From assembly GCF_963921235.1 (NCBI RefSeq), contig NC_086108.1, forward strand, positions 84,260,001 through 84,324,000: a DNA stretch of 64,000 nt, read 5' to 3'. The DNA comes from Mobula hypostoma. Lineage: Eukaryota. Shown here piece after piece: positions 37,825-49,027 of the stretch (positions within the stretch are counted from its first letter, which is position 1; every line of letters begins with the position of its first letter). The position numbers and the translations under genes are program-made. Below the pieces are notes generated by a model. The model saw nothing but the letters and a program-made list of their open reading frames with translations, was not told the DNA's origin and ran no database searches.

Positions 37825-39268
37825 AAATGCTGGAGGAACTCAGCAGGCAAGGCAGCATCTATGAAAAAGAGCACAGTCGATGCTTTGGGCCAAGGCCCTT
37901 CATCAGGACTGGAAAAAAAATGAGAAGTCAGCGTGAGAAGGTGGGGGGAGGGCAGGAAGAAACACAAGGTGATAGATGGAAGCAGGATGGGGGGAGGGAG
38001 GGTGAAGTAAAGAGCTAGAAAGCTGGTTGGTGAAAGAGATACAGGGCTGGAGAAGTAGGAACCTGACAGGAGAGGACAGAAGGCCATAGAAGAAAGAAAA
38101 GGGGGTGGAGCATCAGAGGGAGGTGGTGGGCAGGCAAGGAGATAAGGTGAGAGAGGGAAAAGGAAATGGGAAATGGTGGGGTGGGGGGGTGCCATTATCA
38201 GAAGTTTGAAAAATCGATCTTCGTGCCATCAGGTTGGAAGCTACCCAGACGGAATATAAGGCATTGCACCTCCAACCTGACTTGGGCCTCATCGCGACAG
38301 GAGAGGAGTCCATGGACTGACATGTTGGAATGGGAATGGGAAGTGGAATTAAAATGGGTGGCCACTGGGAGATCCCACTTTTTCTGGTGGACAGAGTGTA
38401 GGAGCTCAGCAAAGCGGTCTCCTAATCTACATCGACTCTCACTGATATACAGGAGGCCACACCGGGAGCACCAGATACAGTAGATGACCCCAAGAGACTC
38501 ACAGGGGAAGTGTTGCCTCACCTGTAAGGACTATTTAGGACCCTGAATAGTAGTCAGGGAGGAGTTGTAGCACTTTTTCCGCTTGCAAGGATAAGTGCCA
38601 GGAGAGAGATCAGTGGGGAAGGACAAAGGGAGTCGCGTAGGGAGCGGTCCCTGCAGAAAACATAAAGTGGCAGGGGAGGAAAAGATGTGCTTGGTGGTAG
38701 GATCCAATCAGAGATCAATTATGTGCAGGACACAGAGGTTGGCAGGGTAGTAGGTGAAGACAAGAGGAACCCTCTCCCTGGTGGAGTAGCAGCAGTATGG
38801 GGTGAAGGCAGACATGTGTGAAATGGAAGAGATGCAGTTGAGGGCAGCACTGATGGTGGAGGTAGGGAAGCTGCTTTTTTTGAAGGAGGAGGACATCTCC
38901 TTCAATCTGGAATACAAAGCCTCATCCTGAGAGCAGAGCAGAGTGATTGCAAAAAAAGGATGGCGTTTTTACAAGTAATGGGGTGGGAAGAGATATAGTC
39001 CAGGTAGCTGTGAGAGTCGGAGGGTATATAATGGACGTCAGTTGATAAGCTGTCTCCAGAGATAGAGAGATTGAGAAATGGGGGGGAGGTGTTGGAAATG
39101 GACCAGGTAAATATGAGGGCAAAATAGAAGTTGGAGGCAAAGTTGATGAAGTCGACGAGCTCCGCATGGCTGCAGGAGGCAGCGCTATTGCAGTCATCAA
39201 TGTAACGTAGGAAAAGTTGGGGAGTGATACCTGTGTAGGCCTGGAAAATAAAACTATTTCACATAGCC
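37825..39268 (-). mobile_element. Penelope-like retroelement (RT C-terminal part + GIY-YIG endonuclease + 3' tail), 5'-truncated
   Basis: FLRYIDDC RT motif near 39190-39215; ORF 38198-38521 VIYCIWCSRCGLLYISES...RLGDRF...VATHFNS (GIY-YIG). Inserted into an older antisense CR1 (~37590-37800, continuing ~40340-40700). Confidence 0.88.
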
Positions 39269-40335
39269 CACCCCATCAAGGATAGGGTTCCTCGTGTCCT
39301 TACCTACCACTCCACCAGCCTCTGTGTCCAGCACATAATTCTCCATAACTTCAACCATCTCCAATAGCGTCCCACCATCAAGCACACCTTTCTCTCCCCC
39401 CCCCCCTCCACTTTCTGCATTCTGCAGGGATCACTCCCTATGTGATTCCCTTGTCTATTCGTCCCTTCCCACTGATCTCTCTCCTGGCACTTATTTTTGC
39501 AAGTGGAACAAGTGCTACATCTGCCCCCACACCTCCTCCCTCACTGCCATCCAGGGCCCCAAACAGTCCTTCCAGGTGAGGTGACACTTCACCTGTGAGT
39601 CTTTTGGGGTTATCTACTGTGTCTGGTGTTCCTGGTGTGGCCTCCTGTATATGGGCGAGACCCAACATAGATTGGGAGCCCGTTTCACTGAGCACCCATG
39701 CTCCGTTGGCCAGAAAAGTGGCATCTCCCAGTGGCTACCCATTTTAATTCCACTTCCCATTCCAACATGTCAGTCCATGGCCTCCTCTACTGTCCAGATG
39801 AAGCCACACTCAGGTTGGAGGTACAACACCTTATATTCCATCTGGGTAGCTTCCAACCTGATGGCATGGACGTCAATTTCTCAAACTTCTGGTAATGGCA
39901 CACCACCACACCCCCCCACCACCACCACCCGCCCCCCGCTCACCATTCCCATTCCCTTTTCCCTCTCTCACCTTATCTTCTTACCTGCCCATCACCTCCC
40001 TCCGGTGCTCCTCCCCTTTTCTTTCTTCCACGGCCTTCTGTCCTCTCCTATCAGATTCACACTTCTCCAGCCCTGTACCTTTTTCACCAATCAACTTCCC
40101 TGCTCTTTACTTCACCCCCCTCTCTCCCAGTTTCCTCTATCACCTTGTGTTTCTTCCTCCCCACCCCCACCTTCTCACTGACTCCTCATCTTTTTTTCTC
40201 CAGTCCTGATGAGGGATCTTGGCCTGAAACGTCGACTATACTCTTTTCCATAGATGCTGCCTGGCCTGCTGAGTTCCTCCAGCAATTTGTGTGTGCTTCT
40301 TGGATTTCCAGTATCTGCAGATTTTCTCTTGTTTG
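39269..40335 (+). mobile_element. Penelope-like element, inverted partner copy (GIY-YIG + pyrimidine-rich 3' tail with hammerhead motif)
   Basis: Reverse-complement homologue of ~37825-38790; peptide remnants LLYMGETQHRLGARF and LPVATHFNS. Abuts the minus copy directly. Confidence 0.88.
40201..40237 (+). ncRNA. Minimal type I hammerhead ribozyme motif in Penelope tail
   Basis: AGTC-CTGATGA-gggatcttggcct-GAAA-CG-TC-GACT: stem I AGTC/GACT, CUGANGA and GAAA cores, short stem II, palindromic ACGT stem III, predicted cleavage after GUC (40233). Confidence 0.72.
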
Positions 40336-43300
40336 AAAGTGTCTAGTATCTGATCCCACCCAGTTTATTCCTACTCTGTCTTCTACCCGTTAATCAACCC
40401 TAAATACACACCAGTATATTACTCCTCACGTCCTCTAATTTTGTTTAATAATTTCATAGCCCCTTATCAACATGCTTCTGAAACTCCAAATAAACTAAAT
40501 TCCTTTGTTCACCCTTATCTGTCCTACTACATACAAAGGAAAAAAACTCTCGTAACAAATTTGTCAAACATATTTTTTCTCTCAGAAAACTATGTTGCCT
40601 CTGCCTAATCCTATTATTATTTTTAAGTGTTCTGGTATTACTTCTTAAATAACCAAATCCATAGCCCCAACTGCTGATGTCAAGATATCTGGTCTATAGT
40701 TCCCTACTTCCTTCTTTCTTAAACGTTCTACAGGAACAATCTAGAACTTATGCTGGAAGATGACAATTCATGCATCTACTGTACCCGGAATTTATCAGCT
40801 TTAAGTTCCATTAATCCCTCCAAGACTATTCTTATTACAAATATTAATTCACTAATCTTTTCCTTCTCATGTATAATTTATGTCATTTGCAATATTATTC
40901 TTCCATTCTACTTTTTTTATTGTCAATTTCATGCTCCACTTTGCTAAAATATTAAAGTTTTTCCTGTCATTACGTGTACTGCTCTGTTTGGCAACATTAT
41001 AAGCATTTCCCTTTGATCAAATATATTTAACTACTCTTTGCCATGGCTGGACCACCTTTCCTGTTAGGTTTTGCATGTTAAAGGGATAGATTTATTGTAA
41101 ATAATCTATTAATTTTTAAAATGTTAACTATTGCTTACTTACTTTTAACATAGTTTTCCCATTCTTCCATACCTAACTTGTGCTTCATGGGTTCCTTGCT
41201 TGCTCTTATTTTTACATTAAAGACTCTAGTTTCAGATGGAACAAAACCAACTTCAAATATTCATAAAAATTATATTATACTCATTTACTCCTAAAGTCTG
41301 ACCAATAATCAACAAAAATGATCATTCAAAACAAGGGCGAATTAGCAACTGGAATGTAGAGGGAGCTCCAGGATCCCCATCATCAATGAGTCCAACAAAA
41401 GAATGAGAGGCTAAACAGCTTGTAATCCTCACCAGCAGGAGACCCAGAACAGCAAGATCCAACCTGGTCTATTTCTTGGGTCCTCAGCAAAGGCCACAGA
41501 TCATAAAATCAGAGTAAAAAATCAGTTCTTTAAAGGAATATATGGGTTGGCACAACATCGAGAGCCAAAGGGCCTGTACTGTACTGAAATATTCTAGTGT
41601 CTAGAATTAGCTATGCTTCTAGCCAAGATGCTTCAACAAAGCTACAAAGAAGAAACAACTAAATTAGGTGGAAAAGGGTTAAGATGTTTTCTGAATATAG
41701 ATTAAAGTCCATTCTGATCAATTACTAACCTATCAGCCAGTCTTCAATTATCAGAAAAGTGAAAGGAGTAAGACACACACAATGATGGAAGAACTCAGCA
41801 ACTCAGGCAACATTAATGGAAGGGAATAAACAGTCGATGTTTCTGGACAAGATGCTTCTTCAGTAATGCGTTTAAGACTCCCACCACGTGAAATGTTAGG
41901 CATTGAACAGAATTCAATAACTTCATCTTGACATTTGATGACTTGCCCATTAATAAAATTCTGCTCAGTTTAACCATGAATTTTTATTGAACCAGTCACA
42001 AAAGTACTTTAACTACACAGCAGGAGGTCAGAAGCCAGGCATAAGATAGAAAACATCTCTCCAAAGCCTTTCCTCTCCTCACAGGACATGTCCAATGTAG
42101 GATGAATTACGATCTGCTTGCCTCAGTGAACACAGCTCCAATAGTACTCAAGATTAGTACCATCCAGAACAAAGCAGATTGCTTGAAAGGCAATCACGTA
42201 CATCACTTTAACTAGTCACCCCCTCCAACAAGGGCACACCCACAGTCACAAGATATACTATTTACAAGAGGCAATATAGCAGTTCATCAGGATCTCCTAA
42301 ATTTGTGAACTCTACCTCTCCAAAGAAAAAGAGCAGTAATGTCTTTACCTCGCCAAATCACATCATCCTGACTTGGAAATATTGCGGTTACATCATCATC
42401 AGTGGGTGAAAACCGTTGAACTCCCTCTCAGACGTGCAAACTATGGCCATTCTAAATTTACATCCTAAACAATGATCTCTACACTGAGAGAATCTGTCTC
42501 CTGCATTGTTAGGAAATATAGTTATTCTCTACCTTTGGCGTACTGGGAGCTCACAACGTGTCCGTTGAGTTTCTGCACTTACCGTGTGTAGTTCAATGTG
42601 GGGAGGCAGGGAGAATAATGTCTGTCTTTCTGGGTATCAGCAAAGGTACAGCCATCTCCTCTGTTGTCCACTACTGATTTCTCCAGTTCCCTATGAGTTA
42701 CCCACAAATTAAATTTTCAGAACTTACTAACAATAATGACATACTGTATAAGCACTGCTAAATCAAATTATCTATACTAAAACAGTTTGAATATTGTAAT
42801 CACTTGTGTATACCTGTCGATATATGCAGCTTTCTGCAGATACCAGTCTGTTATGCTGTATACATAATGAAAAAAATATAACACTGCAGCCTGCTCTGCC
42901 ATTTTAAGGCCATGTTTAATTCTCCATATATTCTTCTCCAATCTCCATAACCCCACATTCCCAAAATTCTATTGATCCCAGCCTTAAACTGAATGATTGA
43001 ACATCCACAGCCCTCTGAGTAACGAGTTGAGACTTAAATGACTAAATTACTACCCTGAAATTAGGCTACCCAACTTATAAATTCAACAGCCCAAAGTAAA
43101 AGCCCCTTAGCATTTATTATCATTTTCTTCAGTTGCGCCATGAATTATGTAAAAACTCCAAGGGGTAATGCAAATTAGTTGTGCAGCTGATAAAAGTCAG
43201 GTGCATAATCAGGTGGCTGATCTATCTTTAACTGCGTCTAAATATTTGTTGAAGTAGCATTATCTGTTATTTATATAGCAGCTTTATGTAGAAAAGTGGC

Positions 43301-44559
43301 TCAAAGCGATTATTAGCCACTTAATCATTAAATGACACTTGAGACAAAGGAACACATTTAGAAAGAGTGGCAAAAGCTTGTCTATTTAGCAAGGTTGCAA
43401 AAGAAGCCAAGCAACGTGAAGAGCCAAGAGAATTAAGGAGGAAATCCGATGGAATTCTACCACATGAGACCTACAGGTTGAAGATTTACTTGCCAAAAGT
43501 TAACAGAGTGAGCATCTCAAACTGCTCCATTGCCTACTTTGACCGGTGTCTACACACAGAAAATTCAATCCAATGTATTGAAGTTTATCACTATCTTGTA
43601 AGAGGATGCTCATGCTTTGGCTGCCTTCAAAGGCTCCAAAGATCTATGTCCTTTATTCCATCACTTCCTTTAAACATCACAAAAATAGTTGTATTAAGAC
43701 TTCAGCATTCATCTAAATCAGGATGCAAAACTGCCAAGCTTTATACAAATTAAAAAGCTACAGTGGATTTAGCCACTTCCAATTTATGAATAGCAATATT
43801 TGCATAGAGTTCTTAAACAGCTGTAATCCATTTATACCACACCCTTCTAAATAATATAAGATTTGAAATTCCATTATGGTCGCTAAAATCTGTTATCGGT
43901 TATCTAAATTCTCTAGGGAGCTCAAATGGTTCAACTGTCTCAATAAGGTAAAGTGCGAGCAACAGCGATCACATACCATAGCTGAAGACTATGCCAAGAG
44001 TCTGCCCTATCAAAATTCCATACACCATCATAAAGCACCAACAAAAATGTTGATCATTTAAACTATTCATTTAAGTCACTTTACTGAAAGAGACAGATGC
44101 CACGGCATTAATAAAATATTACAGTACAGAAGTCGAAAATGTTGAAACAATAACAGAAACATTGAAGTAAGGATGTCATTTACTGGTGCTTCCTCTGCCA
44201 TGGCTGCTTTGTGACCTAGCCCCATGCACTTGCCTTCATTCCACAACCCTTGCTGAATGTTCAACAAGACTTCCATCTGCCAAGCATAGTTTACAAATTA
44301 ACATCTCACATCAATTCTCAGCTGAGGAAGTGATTCAGACTTCCATAATGCAAAAATGGGTTTCTTTTCTTCAATTCTTAAAAGGCAGGCTGTATGATGG
44401 GGCCATCCACCACAGAAATTGCTTCTTCTATTTCTCACAATTTCTTTTAATAACATGATCACTGACTAAGCGAAATAATCAGTATGGAGTGCTGGAATAC
44501 AAGAGAAGATATATCTGCACTTCCTTCTCTATTTGTTCAGTAACTTCTCACCATTATAT

Positions 44560-46110
44560 GAAGGTAGACAAAATTATGAGGGGTACAACAGGGTAAATCC
44601 AAGCAGGCTTTTTCTACTGAGGTAGGATGAAACTCGAATTAGTGGTCATGGTTTAAGAATGATAGTGAAATAATTAAGGGGAACATATAACCACATAACC
44701 ATTACAGCACGGAAACAGGCCATCTCGGCCCTTCTAGTCCTTGCCAAACTCTTACTCTCACCTAGTCCCACCAACCTGCACTCAGCCCATAACCCTCCAT
44801 TCCTTTCCTGTCCATATAGCTGTCCAGTTTAACTTTAAACAACAACATCGAACCTGCCTCAACCACTTCTGCTGGAAGCTTGTTCCACACAGCTACCACT
44901 CTCTGAGTAAAGAAGCTCCCCCTCATGTTACCCCTAAACTTTTGCCCTTTAACTCTCAACTCATGTCCCCCACTCTCAATGGAAAAAGCCTATCCACGTC
45001 AACTCTATCTATCCCCCTCATAATTTTAAACACCTCTATCAAGTCCTCCCTCAACCTTCTACGCTCCAAAGAATAAAGACCCAGCTTGTTCAACCTTTCT
45101 CTGTAACTTAGGAGATGAAACCCAGGTAACATTCTAGTAAATCTTCTCTGTACATGAAGGGGATTTTCAGAGATCACTTCAAAGGATCTGTCCTGGGTCC
45201 AGCACATAACAGCCATTACAAAGAAGGCTCGACAGTGCCTCTACTTTCTTAGAAGTTTGCAAAGGTTCAGCATGTCATCTAAAACTCTGACAAACGTCTA
45301 TAAATACATGGTGGAGAATAAATTGACTGGTAGCATCATGGTCTGGTATGGAAACACCAATGCCCTTGAACAGAAAAGCCTTCAAAAAGTAAAGGATATG
45401 GCCCAGTCCATCGCAAGCACTGAGCGCATCTTTAAGGAGTGCTACAGCAGGAAAGCAGCATCCATCCTAAATGACCCCTACCATCCAGGCCATGCTCTCT
45501 TCTCAAAAACACAAGATATTCTGCAGATGCTCTCTTCTCACTGCTGCCATCAAGAAAAAGGTATAGGAGCGTTAGTTACCACACCACTAGGTGTGGGAAC
45601 AGTTATCATCCCTCAACCTTAACTTCACTAACCCCAACACTGAACTGCTTCCAAACCAATGAACACACTTTCACAGACTATACACTCAGGTTCTCGATAT
45701 TTATTATTTATTTAATTATTCCCCCCCCAAAAAAAAACCCTTTTCTGTATTTGCATAATTTGTTGTCTTTTGGATCTTTGCTGTTTGTCCAGTTTTTCAT
45801 TGATTCTATGCTTTTTATTGGTACTTGCTCTGAATGTCTGCAAGAAAATGAACCTTAACGGTGACAAAAATGTACTTTGGTTATAAATTTACTTTGAGCT
45901 TTTTCATAGAGGGTGATGAGAGTGCAGAAAGAGCTGCCAGTGGAAGTGGTGGATGCAGGTTTGATTTGAACATTCAAGAGAAATTTGGATAAGTACGTGG
46001 ATGAGAGGAGTATGGAGGGCTACAGTCCGGGTGCAGGTAGATGGGTCCAGGCAGATTAATAGTTCGGCATGGACAAGATGGACCGAAGGGCCTATTTCTG
46101 CCTTGTAGTT
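44560..46110. mobile_element. Nested cluster: outer CR1 (+) split by an antisense CR1 3' end (~44687-45151) and a Rex-type fragment (~45170-45900)
   Basis: Outer CR1 reads ...ttaaggggaacat|...|gaaggggattttca|...|tagagggtgatgagagtg, colinear with the uninterrupted copy at 1800-1860. ORFs 44762-45216 give the CR1 C-terminus on minus; ORF 45257-45622 gives the Rex C-terminus. Confidence 0.8.
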
Positions 46111-46434
46111 TTCAATGACTTCAATGAATGAAAACAATTACTCAAACCAAGAAGAACTTGGGTACGTAGGACAACAAAATCTGGAGTGGGCAGCTGGAGC
46201 ACATCAGGCAGTACAAATTTGACATTTTAACAGCTGTGATTGTACTCAGGGAGGAACATTTCCAGATTAATAAGAAAGAACACTGACACAAAATAAGCAG
46301 GCAAAGGCAATAAAGGTAAGTATATTAATCATGCACCTCACACAAACATCTGAGAAAATCATTAGAAGTTGCCTTGTCAGGGCTCCCTCACAGTTCATCA
46401 GATAAGTATATACCACAGGCAGAATAGCTTAAGA

Positions 46435-46696
46435 ACGGCATGGCAGTGTAGTGGTTAGCACAATGCTTTACAGTACAGGCAACCTGGGTTCAATTCCCTC
46501 CACTGCCTTTAAGGAGTTCATATGTTCTTCCTGTGACCATGTGGGTTTCCTCTGGGTGCTCCAGTTTCCCTCCACAGACCAAAGACATACCTTTTGTTAG
46601 GTTACTTGGTCATTATAAATCAGGGGACTGCTGGGCAGCGTGGCTTGAAGGACCAGAAAGGCCTACTCCACACTGTATCTCAATAAATAAATAAAT
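46435..46696 (+). mobile_element. V-domain (HE1-like) tRNA-derived SINE
   Basis: A-box-like 'tggcagtgtagtgg', B-box 'gggttcaattccc', V core, CR1-like tail ending (AATA)n. Confidence 0.88.
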
Positions 46697-46944
46697 ACAA
46701 ACTCATGGTGAGCTAACAGTTCTCATTCAGAATTGAACAGTCAAGCTCATCGAAATAACCAGCAGCTGAAGGGGATAAAGAAGTTTAGGTAGACTTCTAG
46801 TTCCTGAATAATTGGCAGGTATTAACAGAAACAAGAGTAAAAGTAGTCTGTCTTCTGTTTTTGCCCATAGAAGTAGCAGCACCAAAGAGCCAACAGATTG
46901 GTGATGCCTCTGGGGTATTAGTGCTCGTGAGAGAAGCAAGGAAA

Positions 46945-47147
46945 AGACACAGAGAGACTGCAGTCGCTGGAAATCTGGAACACACACGAAGAATGCTCAA
47001 GGAACTCAGCAATGTTTATAGAGGGGAATGAACAGTCAATGTTTCAGGCCAAGACCCTTCATCAAGCTTGAAATGTCAGCTGTTCAATTCCTTCCAGAGA
47101 TGCTGCTGACTTGCCGAGTTCCTCCAGCATTTTATGCATGTTGCTCC
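46945..47147. repeat. Palindromic element of two head-to-head Penelope-like tails
   Basis: aatgctcaaggaactcagca...gaacagtcaatgtttcagg on the left versus cttgaaatgtcagctgttc...gccgagttcctccagcatt on the right; decayed hammerhead core at the centre. Confidence 0.72.
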
Positions 47148-48240
47148 CTCTATTCCCTGCCTGTTCATCTACCTGTCTAAATAGCTTTTAAACATGGCAA
47201 TTATATCTGTTTTCACCATCTTCAGTGGCAGTAATTTCCAGGACCTACCTCTCTCAGTATGAAAATAAACTTGTTCAGTGTATCTCCCTTAAGCTATCCC
47301 CCTCTCACCTCATACCTATGCCCTCTAGCATTGACATTTCCACCCTGGGAAAAAGAATCTGAATAAAGCAGTAACATGATGCAGGTGGAAATGAATGATT
47401 TTTGTGATGATTGAGTTTTAATATTTAAAGGACTTCATATTTGCAGGGTAAAACATTGGAGATATTCCCTGTGCTCCACCCTTTGTCTTCCCCATCTTCC
47501 CTACTACTTCTCTCTGCTTTCTCAGGTACACTGAAGAGTCTCAACCATGAAACGTTAGCTGTTTCTTTTTCCATTGATGGTGCCAGACCTATTGAAATTT
47601 TTCAGCAATTTCTGTTTTAATTACAAAAGCAGGAATTAGATGCCCTATTCAAAATAGGGGTCAAGGGGGCTCTTCTACAGTTCAGTGTTGCTTTATTTCA
47701 TTATTAATACACTTTTTATCACCATTTTCTCTTTCATAACTTTGTATATATGCTCTGAGAATTTAAAGGGGAGGGGTTCAGCGCTGAAACTTTAAAATGC
47801 TTAAACCAAAAACTAAAAAGAGCCACTGAATGAACTGAACATGCATTTTGAATTTACCTCAGAATATTAAATGCAATCTTTTCTTCAATATAAAAACTGA
47901 CTCCCCAGCTTGTTTATATTTTCTGTTCAATTTCATGGATTAAGTCGATTAAAGACCCTTAATCACCACATTAGCTATAAGGCCCTGTAAATACTAAACA
48001 ATGAGAATACAGTAAACATTTTTGATTCACAATAGTGCAACCTGAAACATGTCACAGAAAATTCAACATGCATAATGTAACCACTAAATATTTTTTAGCT
48101 GCTGCTGAGGAAACGTAAAGTACAATTGCAGAATGTGTGTCTCCGGCACTTACTGTCGATGGATAAAGTACTCTGATCCGTCAGGATTTAGTACATAAAA
48201 CATTACCAAGATCAATATATTTTAATTAAATAATGCTTAC

Positions 48241-48280
48241 GTTCTGGAATCAAGCTTCAGAAATCCCAGTCGATCATATT
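48241..48280 (-). CDS. ST3GAL3: ST3GAL3 (CMP-Neu5Ac beta-galactoside alpha-2,3-sialyltransferase 3) internal stem-region exon, 40 nt, phase 1 in / phase 2 out
   Basis: Minus strand reads tgatttttctatttttctag|AA TAT GAT CGA CTG GGA TTT CTG AAG CTT GAT TCC AGA AC|gtaagc = (x)YDRLGFLKLDSR(T). This matches the recalled human ST3GAL3 segment EYDRLGFLLNLDSKL. Strong polypyrimidine acceptor and GTAAG donor. Confidence 0.93.
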
Positions 48281-48739
48281 CTAGAAAAATAGAAAAATCA
48301 CGTAATTAAACAAACATATTTCCCTATCTGCTTACTGCAAGTTAGAATAATTTAGTAGCCTGATAGTGGTTTATTTAATTCAGAAACCATTTTCAGCTTC
48401 TCCCTAAGATTTCCAAACATTTCTAGGATCTTCAAAGAATTGTTTTCTTACTCAAATACTCAAAAAAAATTCATATACCACAATTCACATAAGACTGAAG
48501 GAATTTTTGGTTACATCAGTATTTACTACTGTAGCTGTATTGCCTAAAGACCCACATTGAATAATTCAGAAAGAGCCTCCATCATCAGATGCCTGAATGG
48601 CCCATGAATCTATGAACACTACCCCATTATTCCTTGCTTCTGAAACTACTTAATTCTGTAATTTATAACAACTCTTATGCTTTTGCATCATAGTGCTGCT
48701 GCTAAACAAACTTCACGTCATATAAGTCAGTTATAAAAA

Positions 48740-49027
48740 TGGGCAGCAGAGTAGGGTAGCGGTTAGCACAATGTTTTATAGTACCAGCGACCTGGGTTCA
48801 ATTCCCGCCGATGTCCGTAAGGAGTTTGTACATTCTCCCTATGACCCCATGGATTTCCTCTGGGTGTTCTGGTTTCCTACCACAGTGCAAAGATGTACCG
48901 GTTAATAGGTTAATTGGTTATTATAAATTGTTCAGGGGTCAGGCGAGGGTTAAATTGGGGCTTGCTAGATGGCGCAGTTCAAAAGGCCAGAAGGGCCTGT
49001 TCCACACTGTATCTCAATAAATAAATA
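48740..49027 (+). mobile_element. V-domain (HE1-like) tRNA-derived SINE
   Basis: 'gtagcggttagcac' A-box region, 'gggttcaattccc' B-box, V core, tail 'aagggcctgttccacactgtatctcaataaataaat'. Confidence 0.88.

Noticed and set aside
46435..46505. tRNA-like A/B boxes (also at 48740)
   Set aside because: These are SINE heads followed by V-domain and LINE tail; no complete cloverleaf.
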